This document shows, in pieces, positions 13,117-24,890 of a DNA stretch of 64,000 nucleotides. The stretch is taken from positions 7,564,001 to 7,628,000 of the forward strand of contig JBHGNT010000022.1 in the NCBI GenBank assembly GCA_043228905.1. The letters are read 5' to 3'. A program made the position numbers and the translations under genes. Numbering within the stretch: position 1 is the stretch's first letter; each line of letters begins with the position of its first letter. This stretch comes from Azolla caroliniana. Taxonomy: Eukaryota; Plantae; Polypodiophyta. Below the pieces are notes generated by a model, which had not been told where the DNA came from, ran no database searches, and saw nothing but the letters and a program-made list of their open reading frames with translations.

Positions 13117-15709
13117 AGACGTGCGCGGGAACCGAAAGAGGGCGGCTCGAGGCAAAAGTCACTATATAAGACACAGGCCTGCGAAGGACTTACTTTTTAC
13201 GAATTTTCCTACACACAGGCGCAGAAGCACAGAAGAGCGATCCGACGCACAGAGCACACACATCCCGATCCCGAACAACAGACAGCAGAAGAAGAATCCG
13301 AACCAATGGCACTGTCGGAAGAGGCACGCCAATGGATGATAGAGAACGGGTTAGAAGGATTGCTGCGGATCGCCGACGCTCCACCACACGCAGAACCGGA
13401 GCAGGCGGCAACATTGATTGATTTATCAGAAGTCACGGAAGGAGCGGTGCAGGCGCTCACGGGGATAAAAGCAGGAGGACTTCAAACGATCGAAAACCCT
13501 TCAAGTCAAATCCTGTTCGAATATTTCGGCGAGTATTCCATCAGTAGCAAGGCGTACCGAACACAGGGCGGAGAAAACCTGCTATTCGGAGAAGTGGCCC
13601 GCGCCATGATGGAGTACGGATTCGTGAATTCTCGTCCCCCGGCCATAGCCAGGTACCGGGCAACGTTCGTAATTGCAACGTACGAAGGATTACAAGTGGA
13701 CTGGCTCCATTTCATAACCGAAGGATTGAAGGAGGCCATCAAGAACCTTGTGGAAGGAAAAAAGCCATGGGTCGGGATAGCACAATGGCTAACGGTGTTA
13801 GTCCCACCGGTGCTCCCCATCAAACAAAAGAAAAGAGGTCGGCAGGAGACGACGCCGAAAAAGGTCACAAAGCGCCGACAGATCTTGGAGAAACACACCC
13901 CCAGATGGACCCAGGAAGAAGCAGAACAACGGGAGGAAGGACCATCCCGACAGCAACAGGAACCAGCAACAAAGGCAAAACCGGCAGGAAAAGGCAAAGG
14001 AAAACCGGCGAGGAAGACCAACAAGGAACTGGCCGAGGAAGAACCGGTAGCGCTCAAACCAATCAATATAACGCTGCGACGGCCGAACCAGAGGACTTTA
14101 TACAAAAGGTCCGTCTGGTAGCCGCACCGGAGGAGGAAGCGGAGACGGAAGAAGACTCATCCGAACCACTGGTAAGACTCCCAGCAAGACAAGGTCGGGA
14201 GAGACGGGCGAGAGGACTGGCTCCACCAGTTGACAGAACTTAGCAGAGGGCGCAAGGACCACCTCCAGTAGCCGGGGCGGAAGCAGTACCGGAACCCGCA
14301 CCGAGGGAAGCAGTACCGGAACCGGTTTTGCCGGACTTCTGAGAACCGGTCATTCCGGAGAAGAGGAATGAACAAGCACCGGAGCCAGAGAAAAGGCCGG
14401 AAAAACAGCCTGAGTTAAGAAGTAGAAGTGAGCAATGCTACTCCGACACAGGAAGCACAAAGCCACAATGGCTAAGATGGCTTTCGGAGCAGGTGTCGGG
14501 AGTAGCGGACCAGTTAGAGGAAGAAGAAACGCGTAGGCAACACCTGTCGCATACAACAACCCAGGAGTTGGTCGCGCTCCGAACACAGATCCAGGAGTTG
14601 CAAGGGGAGCTGTTGCAGACGGGGGAAAGAATTCAACAAGCACAAGTTGTCACCGAGCCGGTCGGGACAACAAGGAAGCAACCAGAACCGGAACCGGAAC
14701 CGGTAGCCTTGCAAACCGGCCCTGAGACCAAAAAAATAATAGAAACCTTGCGAGAGGAGTTAAAAGCTCAGGAGGCATTAAGGGAAAAAGAAAGGGAGCA
14801 ACGGAAAGCGGTGGAGGACGACAGACGAAGAATGGAAGAAGGCCTCCGGAAAGGCCGAGCCACTAATGACCGACTGCAAGAAGAAAAAGAAAAGCTGCAA
14901 AAGGAGAAGGACCGACTGCGTCGACAGGCTGAGCAGGAGATAGAGCGACTGCAGGAAGAACTTCGACAACAGAAGGACCGGGACGACCAGTTAAGAGCTC
15001 AGGTGAGCCAACGCCTGAAGCAGAAGACAGAGGACTTCGACCGACTCTACCGAGATCACAAGCAGGCCGAGTCGGACAACAAGAAACGGGCAGCAGACTA
15101 CGACCGGCAAATAGAGAAGCTGAAAGAACAGCTCAAAGAGACCCGATTGGACCTGGCTAAGACAATGGACGAGGTCAGTGCCAAAAAGGAAGCATTGTCG
15201 GCGGAAATAACCCAAGCGACGGAGAGAAGGAAGGAGTTAGAGGCGCTAAGGCGGGAAAAGCTGGATCTGACCAAGATCCGGAATGAAGAAAAGGAAAGAT
15301 CGACCTTCACGCTCAACAAACTGGAAAGTGCCTATGAAAAGCAGAGAGCGGATTACGAAGCCCAGGCTCAGATAATGGCCGACATTATAAAACGGGCAAG
15401 GAAGGAAAAGCAAGAAGCTTATGCGCATGCTAAAGCGGGGGTTGACCGGATCAAGCTCATCATGTCATGTTGGAGTACCCGAGCTCAGGCAAGCATCAAC
15501 GAAAGTACGGAAAAGCTATGGAAGGAGTGGTCACAACAGGCAGCCGAGCTGCAGACACTCCGAGCTGATGCCGAGAATCGGAGGAAGACCGGTGACAAGT
15601 TCTACAAGATGGATGAAGAAAGTATCGTCGCCATTCGGGAAGAATTGTCGGAGGATTTCTACGCTTTAGCGGAAGAACATCTCAAAGAAATCCGAGGGTT
15701 GGTAGAGAG

Positions 15710-15879
15710 TGTCGAATACAAGTGTATAATGGACGTATTCACACTATCCCTTTGGGCCATTTGTGTAATTAGCATAAAGGGTAGTTGCCCTAAGTCGGTC
15801 ACTATATATAGTGACCTTGTAACCTTTTTGTAAGGTTGGGTGTTGTATTATTGCTTTGTGGAATAAGAAGTCTTTTGTG

Positions 15880-15910
<31 letters not shown>

Positions 15911-18900
15911 AACGACTAGAAACTGTCATACGCAGGTATTCAGCACTAATCGAATGCTTCTTGATCTTCCGCATAGACGACCTTGTCTTCAACATCTGGT
16001 ATCAGAGCCTGCATAGTAGTCGGTCCTTCAATCCGCTGTCGGCCGTCGTCTCAGCCTGCACAACATTCGGTTTCCTGCGTCATTCGAAGAAGAGAGAAGA
16101 AGAAGAGAAACGAGGCTTGCATCTCATCGCGTTAGATCATCTTCGCTTGGAGTAAGCCAGCAGGTTGTACTCTGTCCCTTGTGATCGTAACCGCTCGAGG
16201 TGAAATCCCCTTGTGCAACTTTGACACGATCGTGCTCCATTCGGTTAAACGACATCCGAAGAGGTCATCAAACGCTGCTCGTCGCTCATTGTAACCACTC
16301 GGTGCAGATCGGTCTCAAGACAACAACCCAAATTCGTGCTTCATCTGGCTGATCGACATTCGGGAGGATCAGTTGGATCCGTCTCTCTCGTTGCTGCAGT
16401 CAACCGAAGCAGAATCGGTCCAGATAATCGGTTTCAATAATCGGTATTCGGCATATATATCCGAAGCGAACCGGGCTCACTCCGACTCGGCAACATTCGG
16501 GAAGACCAGTCGGTTCTGTCCCTCAAGCTACCGGAGTCAATTCGAGCAAGTTCCGAAGCCGAACCGACTCGGGTTCAAATCCGACTAGAACGATATCGGG
16601 TGAGCCAACCGGCTGCACTCCAACAAGGTTCGTAGTCAACTCCGAACCGAGCTTCGTCAACCGAAACCGAATTTGATGGCATCAACATCCGGCTCGTCAG
16701 AAATGAGTCTACGAAAGTTCGATGGATCGAACTTCAACTTCTGGAAGGAGCAAATGCAGGACTATCTCATAGTCAAGGGGCAAATCGATCCCATCGAAAA
16801 TGAAGAACCTCCAGAAGGATACAAACCAATTGAGTGGCAGAAGCTGGACAGAATCGTCCGCGCCACGATTCGGATGCACCTATCGGAATCGGTATACTTT
16901 ACGGTGCAATCGTGTACGACAGCATTCGAACTGTGGAAAACACTGTCGGACACTTACGAAAAGAAGGTCGCCGCAACGAAGATGTTTCTGATCCGGCGCC
17001 TCTACAACTTGCGGATGAAAGAATCCGATTCGGTTCAAGCACACCTCAATGAGTACGAAAGCATAAGCTCCCAAATCTCGTCACAGGGGACGGCAATCGA
17101 GGATGAACTCAGAGCAATGATACTCATGAGCAGCCTTCCCTCATCATGGGAAACTTTCGTCACAACCGTGTGCAACGCGTCAACCACGGCTGTTAAATAC
17201 TCCGAAGTCACGAGCGCAATCCTGACCGAAGCAGCTCGGAGAAAGTCTTTCGCCAAAGACTCAACAGACGACGCTTATGTAGTACAAGGTTCGACAGACC
17301 GATCGAACATACGAGGAAGAGATTCCTCACGACCGCCGAACAATCAGCGAAGACGGAGCCAGTCACGGGATAACCGAATCTGCAACTACTGCAAGAAACC
17401 CGGACACATCAAAGCCGACTGCCGCGCACTCAAGAACAAGAACGACAAGTCTCAGAGATCCGACAAGAAGAGTGGCCGGCATGAGGAGATCAATTACGTC
17501 AGCTTCTCAGCTGATGTGCTACCAGACGACCCGAATATACTATCAATCGAAAATCCAGTCGGATCAGAAGTTCTACTCACGACTGAAGAATCGAGCACAT
17601 GGCTCTTAGATTCGGGCGCGTCATTTCACGTGACTCCTCATCGATCCCAATTTCGGCAATATACGATCCGTCACTCCGACTCAGTTCGAGTCGGCAACTC
17701 ACAACACTGTGACATCATCGGAATCGGCACAGTAGAGCTCAACCTTGCAGGTGGCTCTACACTTGTACTCCACAATGTCCGACATGTACCCGAGCTCTCA
17801 AGGCCATTGATCTCAGTCGGACAACTAGATGAAGACGGCATTCGTGCCGGTTTTTCTTCGGGAGGGTGGACACTCCACAGGGGGAACCTCCTGCTTGCTA
17901 GAGGACCCAAGATACACTCCCTGTATCCGTTACATGTTACGCTCAGAGAGGGTAACCTGTTTTTGGTGGATATTCCTGTGTCATCACTATGGCACAGAAG
18001 ATTAGGACACCTCAGCAAGGCCGGCATCACGCACCTATCTAGAGCCGGATACATCCCCAAACTCTCCTTCTCCGACCATCAATTTTGCGAGCATTGCCAG
18101 TATGGCAAACAAGTAGCCGCATCACACCCGACATCAGCACCAAGAGAAACGAGACCTCTCGATTTGGTCCACTCGGACGTCTGTGGCCCAATGCCGCATC
18201 AGTCTCTCGGCGGTGCCTCTTACTTCGTCACTTTTATTGACGATTCGACTCGAAAGGTGTGGGCTTATCCAATTCGCACCAAAGATCGGGTCTTCTCGAT
18301 CTTCTCAGATTGGCTCGCTATGGTAGAAAATCAAACCGACCGAAAGCTGAAATGCTTTCGGACAGACAATGGGGGAGAGTTCAAATCCGAAGAATTCGTC
18401 AAATTCTGCCGACAACGCGGCATCCGACGTGAATTTACGGCACCACACAGTCCGGAGCAAAACGGGATTGCAGAACGAATGAATCGGACAATCCAAGAAA
18501 GGATAGTTTCCATGCTCCAACACTCCGGACTGTCGGATGGCTTCTGGGCAGAGGCTCTACTCACGGCAGTACACATAATCAATATGTCGCCAAGTAGACC
18601 TCTAGGACTTCAAATTCCTCAGGAACTATGGATCGGCAGTAAGCCGAATTACGACAAGCTGAGGATCTTCGGATGCGAGGCGTACGCCCTTATTCCGAAA
18701 GATGATCGCCGAAAACTTGCACCTCGGTCCAGGAAATGCATTTTCCTTGGATATGGATCCGACGGCGAAATGGGATACCGACTCTGGGACCCCGAACGCA
18801 GACAAATCGTTCGAAGTTCGGACGTTGTGTTCAACGAGTCGGCTATGAATCCATCAGTCGAAAAACCGATCGAAGTCCGAAGGGTAACATTTTCCGACGT

Positions 18901-21185
18901 GCCGACCCTTCAAGAAGGCCCCGCTCTCAACACACGGTCAGCTTCACGGGTAGCTGAACCTTACACTACCGACTCGGACAACTCTGACTCGGCACAGCCG
19001 AATGATTCGCTTTCGGACCATCCGACCTCGATACCCGATGCGACCAGTCCAATCATACCTCGACGATCCGAGAGACTGTCGCAACCTCCGGAGAGGTATT
19101 CTCCTGGAATTTTCTTCACCGACGCCGGCGAACCGACGTCTTACGAAGAAGCATCGACATCTGTCGATTCAGCCACCTGGCATCTGGCGATGGAGTCGGA
19201 AATGCACTCCATTCGGGCAAACAAGACTTGGGATCTGGTCGAATTACCTAGGAACCGACGTGCTCTTCCTTGCAAGTGGGTTTATCGACTAAAAGAGACG
19301 TCTGATTCGACCACCCCAAAGTACAAGGCCAGATTAGTTGCGAAGGGCTTCCGACAAGAATATGGCGTCGACTTCGACGAGATTTTTTCACCAGTGGTGA
19401 AAATGACAACCCTTCGTTTTCTACTCGGCGTAGTGGCAGCCGACAACTTGGAGCTGATTCAGCTAGATGTCAAAACAGCCTTCCTCCATGGTGATCTCGA
19501 AGAGGAAATTTATATGGAGCAGCCCAAAGGCTTCGTGGCAACTGGCCAAGAACATCTAGTCTGCCGACTCAGGAAGAGTCTATACGGCCTCAAACAGGCA
19601 CCGCGACAATGGTACAAGAAGTTCGATGACTTCATCCAATCGATCGGCTTCTCAAAAAGCGATGAGGACCATTGTCTCTTTACCAACACAGCTCAAGATG
19701 GATCACCCATCTTCCTCATCATTTACGTGGACGACATGCTAATTTCTGGACGCCACGCGGGCGAACTTGCCGATCTCGTTCGGCAACTGCGGTTGAAGTT
19801 TGCCATGAAGGACCTCGGTCCGGCACGACACATCCTTGGCATGAAAATTAGTCGGCATCGCGATAAACGACATCTTTTTTTGTCTCAGATCGACTATATC
19901 GGACGTGTCTTGGAACGCTTCAACATGCAATCAGCCAAATCTGCTTCAACCCCGCTCCCCATGAATCTTCGGCTCTCTCAGCGAGACTGCCCGACATCCG
20001 GTCCGGAGGGGGAAGATATGAAGTCGGTACCGTATGCACCGGCAGTCGGCTCCCTTATGTACCTGATGGTCGCGACACGGCCTGATATTTCTCACGCCGT
20101 AGGAGTCGTTAGCAGATTTATGCACAATCCCGGCTGATCGCATTGGAACGCAGTCAAGCATGTGTTCAGATATCTGGCTGGCACAAAAGACCACGGCATT
20201 CTTTTCGGTCCGAACCGAACCTCAGGCGTAGTCGGTTACACCGACTCGGATTTCGCCGGCTGTATAGACAGTCGGAAATCAACAACCGGATACTGCTTCA
20301 AATTCGGCAATGGAGCAATCTCGTGGAAGTCGAAACTTCAGGAGTGCACAGCGACCTCAACGACCGAAGCAGAATATGTAGCTGCGTCCGACGCAGCAAA
20401 AGAAGCTTTGTGGCTCGGTCGGCTGGCGCACACGTTTCGACAAGTCGACCATGACTCAGCTCCAGTTGTCTACAGCGACAGTCAAGGTGTTGTTGCCTTG
20501 TCGAAAAATCCGGTTCACCACAACGCCTCCAAACATATCGACGTTCGATATCACTTCGTTCGGGACTGCGTCATTTCAGGGAAAATCGGTCTAGAGAAAA
20601 TATCCACAACCGACAATGTCGCAGATGGAATGACCAAGTGTCTTTCGGCAGACCGTTTTCGGTCTCTTCGGCATCAGATGGGCGTAACGACAAACCAGTC
20701 CGGTTAGAGCCGGACACAGAGCAGGATGGTTCCCGACAACTGACATCAGTTCCTTAATGATCGGCTTCAACTGTTCCGACCCGACCAGTTCGGTCTTCTG
20801 CCTTCGGACCCTGCCGACTCGAACAAAGCTGATATGTCCGAGAACCTAAGTCTATACCTGTAATCTTAGATAACCCATGTATACGCCCATTACGGGGGAG
20901 TGTCGAATACAAGTGTATAATGGACGTATTCACACTATCCCTTTGGGCCATTTGTGTAATTAGCATAAAGGGTAGTTGCCCTAAGTCGGTCACTATATAT
21001 AGTGACCTTGTAACCTTTTTGTAAGGTTGGGTGTTGTATTATTGCTTTGTGGAATAAGAAGTCTTTTGTGTGTCTCTCTCTCTCTCTCTCTCTCTCTGTG
21101 CAACGACTAGAAACTGTCATACGTAGGTATTCAGCACTAATCGAATGCTTCTTGATCTTCCGCATAGACGACCTTGTCTTCAACA
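15710..21185 (+). mobile_element. Young full-length Ty1/copia element (Tnt1/Tork-like)
   Basis: LTRs 15710-15994 and 20901-21185 (285 bp, about 2 differences); TSD GAGAG at 15705-15709 and 21186-21190; PBS TGGTATCAGAGC 15997-16008; PPT GGGGGAG 20894-20900. Confidence 0.98.
16673..20707 (+). pseudogene. gag-pol: Copia Gag-Pol polyprotein with a single premature stop (20135-20137)
   Basis: KFDGSNFNFWK; CNYCKKPGHIKADC; WLLDSGASFH; integrase; RT QLDVKTAFLHG and YVDDML; RNase H ORF 20162-20707 is in the same frame. Confidence 0.95.
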
Positions 21186-21736
21186 GAGAGGTTGGATGAC
21201 GGGCAGCTCGCAACTCAGTTGGAGTTGGAGAAATACGAGCAGGTCCGGTTACGACAGGAAGCCGAGGGAAGAACGACGCCAATCACTATAAGTGAGGGAG
21301 AGCGACCGGCTGAAGCTGAACCAACTGACACCGAACAACCCCGACAAGGAATAACCGAAGAAGAACTTCCGGTCCAAGAAAATCAAGAAGAGCAGGTGCA
21401 GACCGATGCCGGGGAAGAAGAAGAGCTGAGACCGGAAAACACCGGAGCAGAGGAAGAAGGCGCACCGAACCGACCAGTCGAGACCGGAGAAAGCGACACT
21501 GGTAACAGAACAGAGCCTGGAACGGAGGAAGAACAGGAAGAACCCGGACGGAGTGGTGAGGAAGCACCGGCACCACAGAATCAAGCAGAGCCGGAGCAAC
21601 AAATTTTTACGGAACAGCCAACCCAACCGGAGGTCGGAGACCAGGTAGGCAAGGAACAGGAATTGGAGGAAGAGGCACCACTTGACACCTTTGAGCGGAG
21701 TTTGCTCGATATTTTGGAGGAAGACTGAGGCCGAGA

Positions 21737-21776
21737 GTGGGTTCGAAGTGCAAGGCACTTTCCCACGGGCGTGCCA
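21737..21776 (+). other. tRNA-Arg-like 3' half / inverted PBS at the PPT position
   Basis: GTGGGTTCG-AAGTGC AAG GCACTT-TCCCAC-GGGCGTGCCA ends 2 nt before the 3' LTR; no purine tract present. Confidence 0.8.
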
Positions 21777-21778
21777 TG

Positions 21779-22167
21779 TGTTGGCCGGTCAGAAGAGCAA
21801 GGACAAGTGGGAAGGCGGAGTCGGATCGGATAATAGGAAGTAAATAATAGTATATTTATTATTCGGAGGGACGGATCCGGTACAGTGGTACCGATCCGGA
21901 TCCGGACCGATTCGGATGCCGGTTGCCTAAGCGCACCGATTGTAACCTTGCCAGATGCCTATAAAAGGATCCGATGATTTGTAAATGCTTTACGGAAGTA
22001 ATACAAATATACTTATTGCGTGTTTATCTTTGTCTTTATATTGTTTTACCGTCTGTGCTTAGTGTAATCATCTTACGCGTGTAACCTAGTATCCAATCCT
22101 TACCACCCCTTTGGAGAAGTGTCGGATAGACACCTGTGTTGAGGCTAGTCCGGCCAGGCATACGACA
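21779..22167 (+). repeat. Gypsy 3' LTR
   Basis: Direct repeat of 6474-6862, followed by TSD TAACA. Confidence 0.97.
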
Positions 22168-24790
22168 TAACAAGCTCGATCTAATCCATTCAGATGTATG
22201 GGGACCGACACAGAATGTTAGTCTTGGTGGGAGTCGGTATATTGTCTCCTTCATTGACGACTATAGCCGACACACGTGGATCTACCTCATCGAACGGAAG
22301 AGCGAAGTCTTCGAATCTTTTTGAAACTTGCAAAGCTTAGTTGAACGGGAAACGGAGAGGAAGGTCAAGTGCTTGCAGTCGGATGGTGGAAAAGAATACT
22401 TTTTCGGCCAATTCAACAGTTATCTACAGTAGAATGGAATTTGGAGAGAATTGAGCTGTAGATACACACCGGAACAAAATGGTGTGGCCGAAAGGAAGAA
22501 CTGATCGATTGTCGACGCGGCAAGGGCAATGCTAGAGGAGAAGAGCATGCCCCAATTCTACTAGGCTGAGGCAGTTCGGATGGCCGTCTACATCCAAAAA
22601 CTAGATCGGAGACAAGGTGTCAGCACCGAGTTGTATTTCGAGCACAAGCCGAATTTGAGACACCTTCGGATATTCGACAACATAGCATATGTGCATGTAC
22701 CGGATGAGAAGCGGAGGAAGCTTGATCTGAAATCGGAGAAGTGCATCCTGGTCGGTTACTTGCATGAGCAGAAGGGGTATAAGTGTTATAACCCACGGAC
22801 GAAGCAGGTCTGAGTAAGCCGAGATGTTGAGTTCGACGAGACGGCATCGTGGTACTCTCTATTGACTCCGACTTCTGACTCTGACCCAATCCCCGAGGAT
22901 GAGGCCAGTGAGCCTGAATCAGTCCAAATAGAAGATGACGAGCTTGAGACTCTAGAAGAGAGTTTGGAATTGTTTCGGTTGAGCGGACCAACCGAGCTAC
23001 TGGATCAAAGTGACCAGTTGGATGAGGAACCGCCGAGTAGTGGAGACTCTACCATACTCTCCCCACGCAAGGAACCGAGGAGACGGTTCATGCGCAAAGA
23101 GAAAGGGAAGAAGAAGATGCCGGAATATGATACCGGCAACGTTGAGTCGGATCGGAGTGAATCTGACTCCGGAAAGGATGAAGGAGGATCTTCGGAAATG
23201 AAGTCCGAACCGGCCAAGAAGGGCCCCAAACCGGGTGATGACAAGTTACGCCGGTCTTCTCGCCAGAAGAACCCCGTTACACGGTATGGGTACAATGAGT
23301 ACATGGCGCATCACTATGCGTACATGACCAAAGTGGCAGAAGTGCGTGAGCTGGAGAGCTACGCAGAAGCGGAAAAGCACGCAAATTGGCGTGCCGCTAT
23401 GGAGGAAAAAATGCGGGCACTCGATGCCAATGACACATGGGACCTCGTTGACCCTCCCTGACACTGTAAACCGATCGGTTGCAAATGGATGTACAAGGTA
23501 AAGTACAATGCCAATGATTCGGTTAACCGGTACAAGGCCTGGTTAGTGGCGAAGGGATACGTACAGACCCACGGAATCGACTATGACGAGACCTTCGCTC
23601 CGGTAGTGAAGATGAGGAAGGTTTGTGTGGTACTAGTGGTTGCTACGGCAAGGGGGTGGCATCTTCACCAGATGGACGTGAAGAATGCGTTTCTTCAAGG
23701 TGACCTTCAAGAACGGGTGTATATAATCCAAGCTCCCGGTTTTCAGTCGGAGATGAACAAGTTGGCGGTGTGCTAGCTCAAGAAGTCGCTTTACGGTCAT
23801 TCGGCCAGGTCCGGACGGTCCGGTTTGCATCTTACTTTATGTAGATGATTTAGTCATCACCGGACTCAGACTCAATGAAATCAGCCGTGTCAAGGCCAAG
23901 CTGTCGGACGCATTTGAGATGAAGGACTTGGTGGACCTTCATTATTTTCTTGGGATCGAGGTGATCCGAACCCCCGACGGCATATTGCTCTCACAACGAC
24001 ACTATGTCTTGAATATGTTGTACAAGTTTGGCATGACGGAATGCCGATCTGTCTCCACACCGCTGGACCGGAACAAGAAGCTCTGTCCCAACTCCGGACT
24101 GGCTTGCGATGAGAAACGGTTCCGACAAATAGTCGGAATCCTGATATACTTGACAATCACCCAACCTGACATCAGTTATCCGGTCAGTGTGATCAACCAA
24201 TTCATGCAGAAGCCAACCGTGGAGCACCTTCAGCGCGCGCATCGAATATTGCGGTATGTGAGCAACACGAAGAACCGGGGACTGTTATACCGGCATGGTA
24301 TAATTGAAGAGCTAGTCAGATACACAGATGCTGACTGGGTTGGTGATGCATCGGATCGCCGATCCACCTCTAGTTACATGTTTTCTCTTGGTAGCGTAGC
24401 TGTTGCGTGGAGAAGTAAAAAGCAGCCAACAGTGGCTTTGTCGAGCATTGAGGCTGAATACCAGGGTGCTACCATTACCACCTGTGAAGCAATTTGGCTT
24501 CGACGACTGTTGCAAGATTTGCGGATTGAGGTCCCGACCCTGATCCTCATTTACTGTGACAACATGAGCCACATTCAGATCGCCAAGAACCCCGTACTCC
24601 ATGCTTGATCAAAGCACATAGAAGTGCATTATCACTTCTTGCGTGAGCGGGTCCTAAATGGTGAAGTCGAACTTTGGTATGTTCAGACGGATCGGTAAGT
24701 TGCTGACATCTTCACCACACCGCTCGGATTGGACAAGTTGTAGCACTTCATCGAAATGCTTGGTGTTCAACATCTCGATGTGCCGCACTT

Positions 24791-24890
24791 NNNNNNNNNN
24801 NNNNNNNNNNNNNNNNNNNNNNNNNNNNNNNNNNNNNNNNNNNNNNNNNNNNNNNNNNNNNNNNNNNNNNNNNNNNNNNNNNNNNNNNNN
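24791..24890. other. Assembly gap (100 N)
   Basis: Run of N; different copia families lie on either side. Confidence 1.

Larger units (their letters stand above)
13306..21728 (+). pseudogene. Gypsy additional 3' ORF (globular N-terminus, low-complexity linker, long coiled coil, acidic tail), interrupted by the copia at 15710-21185
   Basis: ORF pieces 13306-14121, ~14080-14243, 14493-15709 and 21191-21728. Removing the copia plus one TSD restores the frame (...GLVE-RLDDGQ...LEED*). Homologues at 55675 (+) and 59083-56342 (-). Confidence 0.8.
6474..22167 (+). mobile_element. Full-length Ty3/gypsy LTR retrotransposon (non-chromovirus type) with an extra 3' ORF; contains a nested copia
   Basis: LTRs 6474-6862 and 21779-22167 (389 bp each, about 4 substitutions by eye); TSD TAACA at 6469-6473 and 22168-22172; PR-RT-RH-INT domain order; no chromodomain seen. 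Confidence 0.97.
5645..24790 (+). mobile_element. Degenerate Ty1/copia element split by the gypsy insertion (pieces 5645-6473 and 22168-24790)
   Basis: Partial LTR from 5645 is fused directly to pol (gag deleted). GAG-pre-integrase at 6090-6470 resumes after the TSD at 22168 (NKLDLIHSDVWGP). RT (HQMDVKNAFLQG) and RNase H (YTDADW...KKQPTVALSS) run up to the gap. Confidence 0.88.

Noticed and set aside
14493-15833. Host myosin/SMC-like gene
   Set aside because: It lies between gypsy LTRs, has no motor or ATPase motifs, and its last ~40 aa come from the copia LTR.
20135-20137. Programmed readthrough between RT and RNase H
   Set aside because: The stop falls inside a conserved RT-RNase H segment and is most simply a CGA>TGA mutation.
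21640-21725. Purine-rich stretch as a displaced PPT
   Set aside because: It encodes the Glu-rich tail, is interrupted by pyrimidines and ends more than 50 nt from the LTR; a PPT must abut U3.
21737-21776. Functional tRNA gene
   Set aside because: Only T-arm-like and 3' acceptor sequence with an encoded CCA is present; I see no D-arm, anticodon arm or A box.
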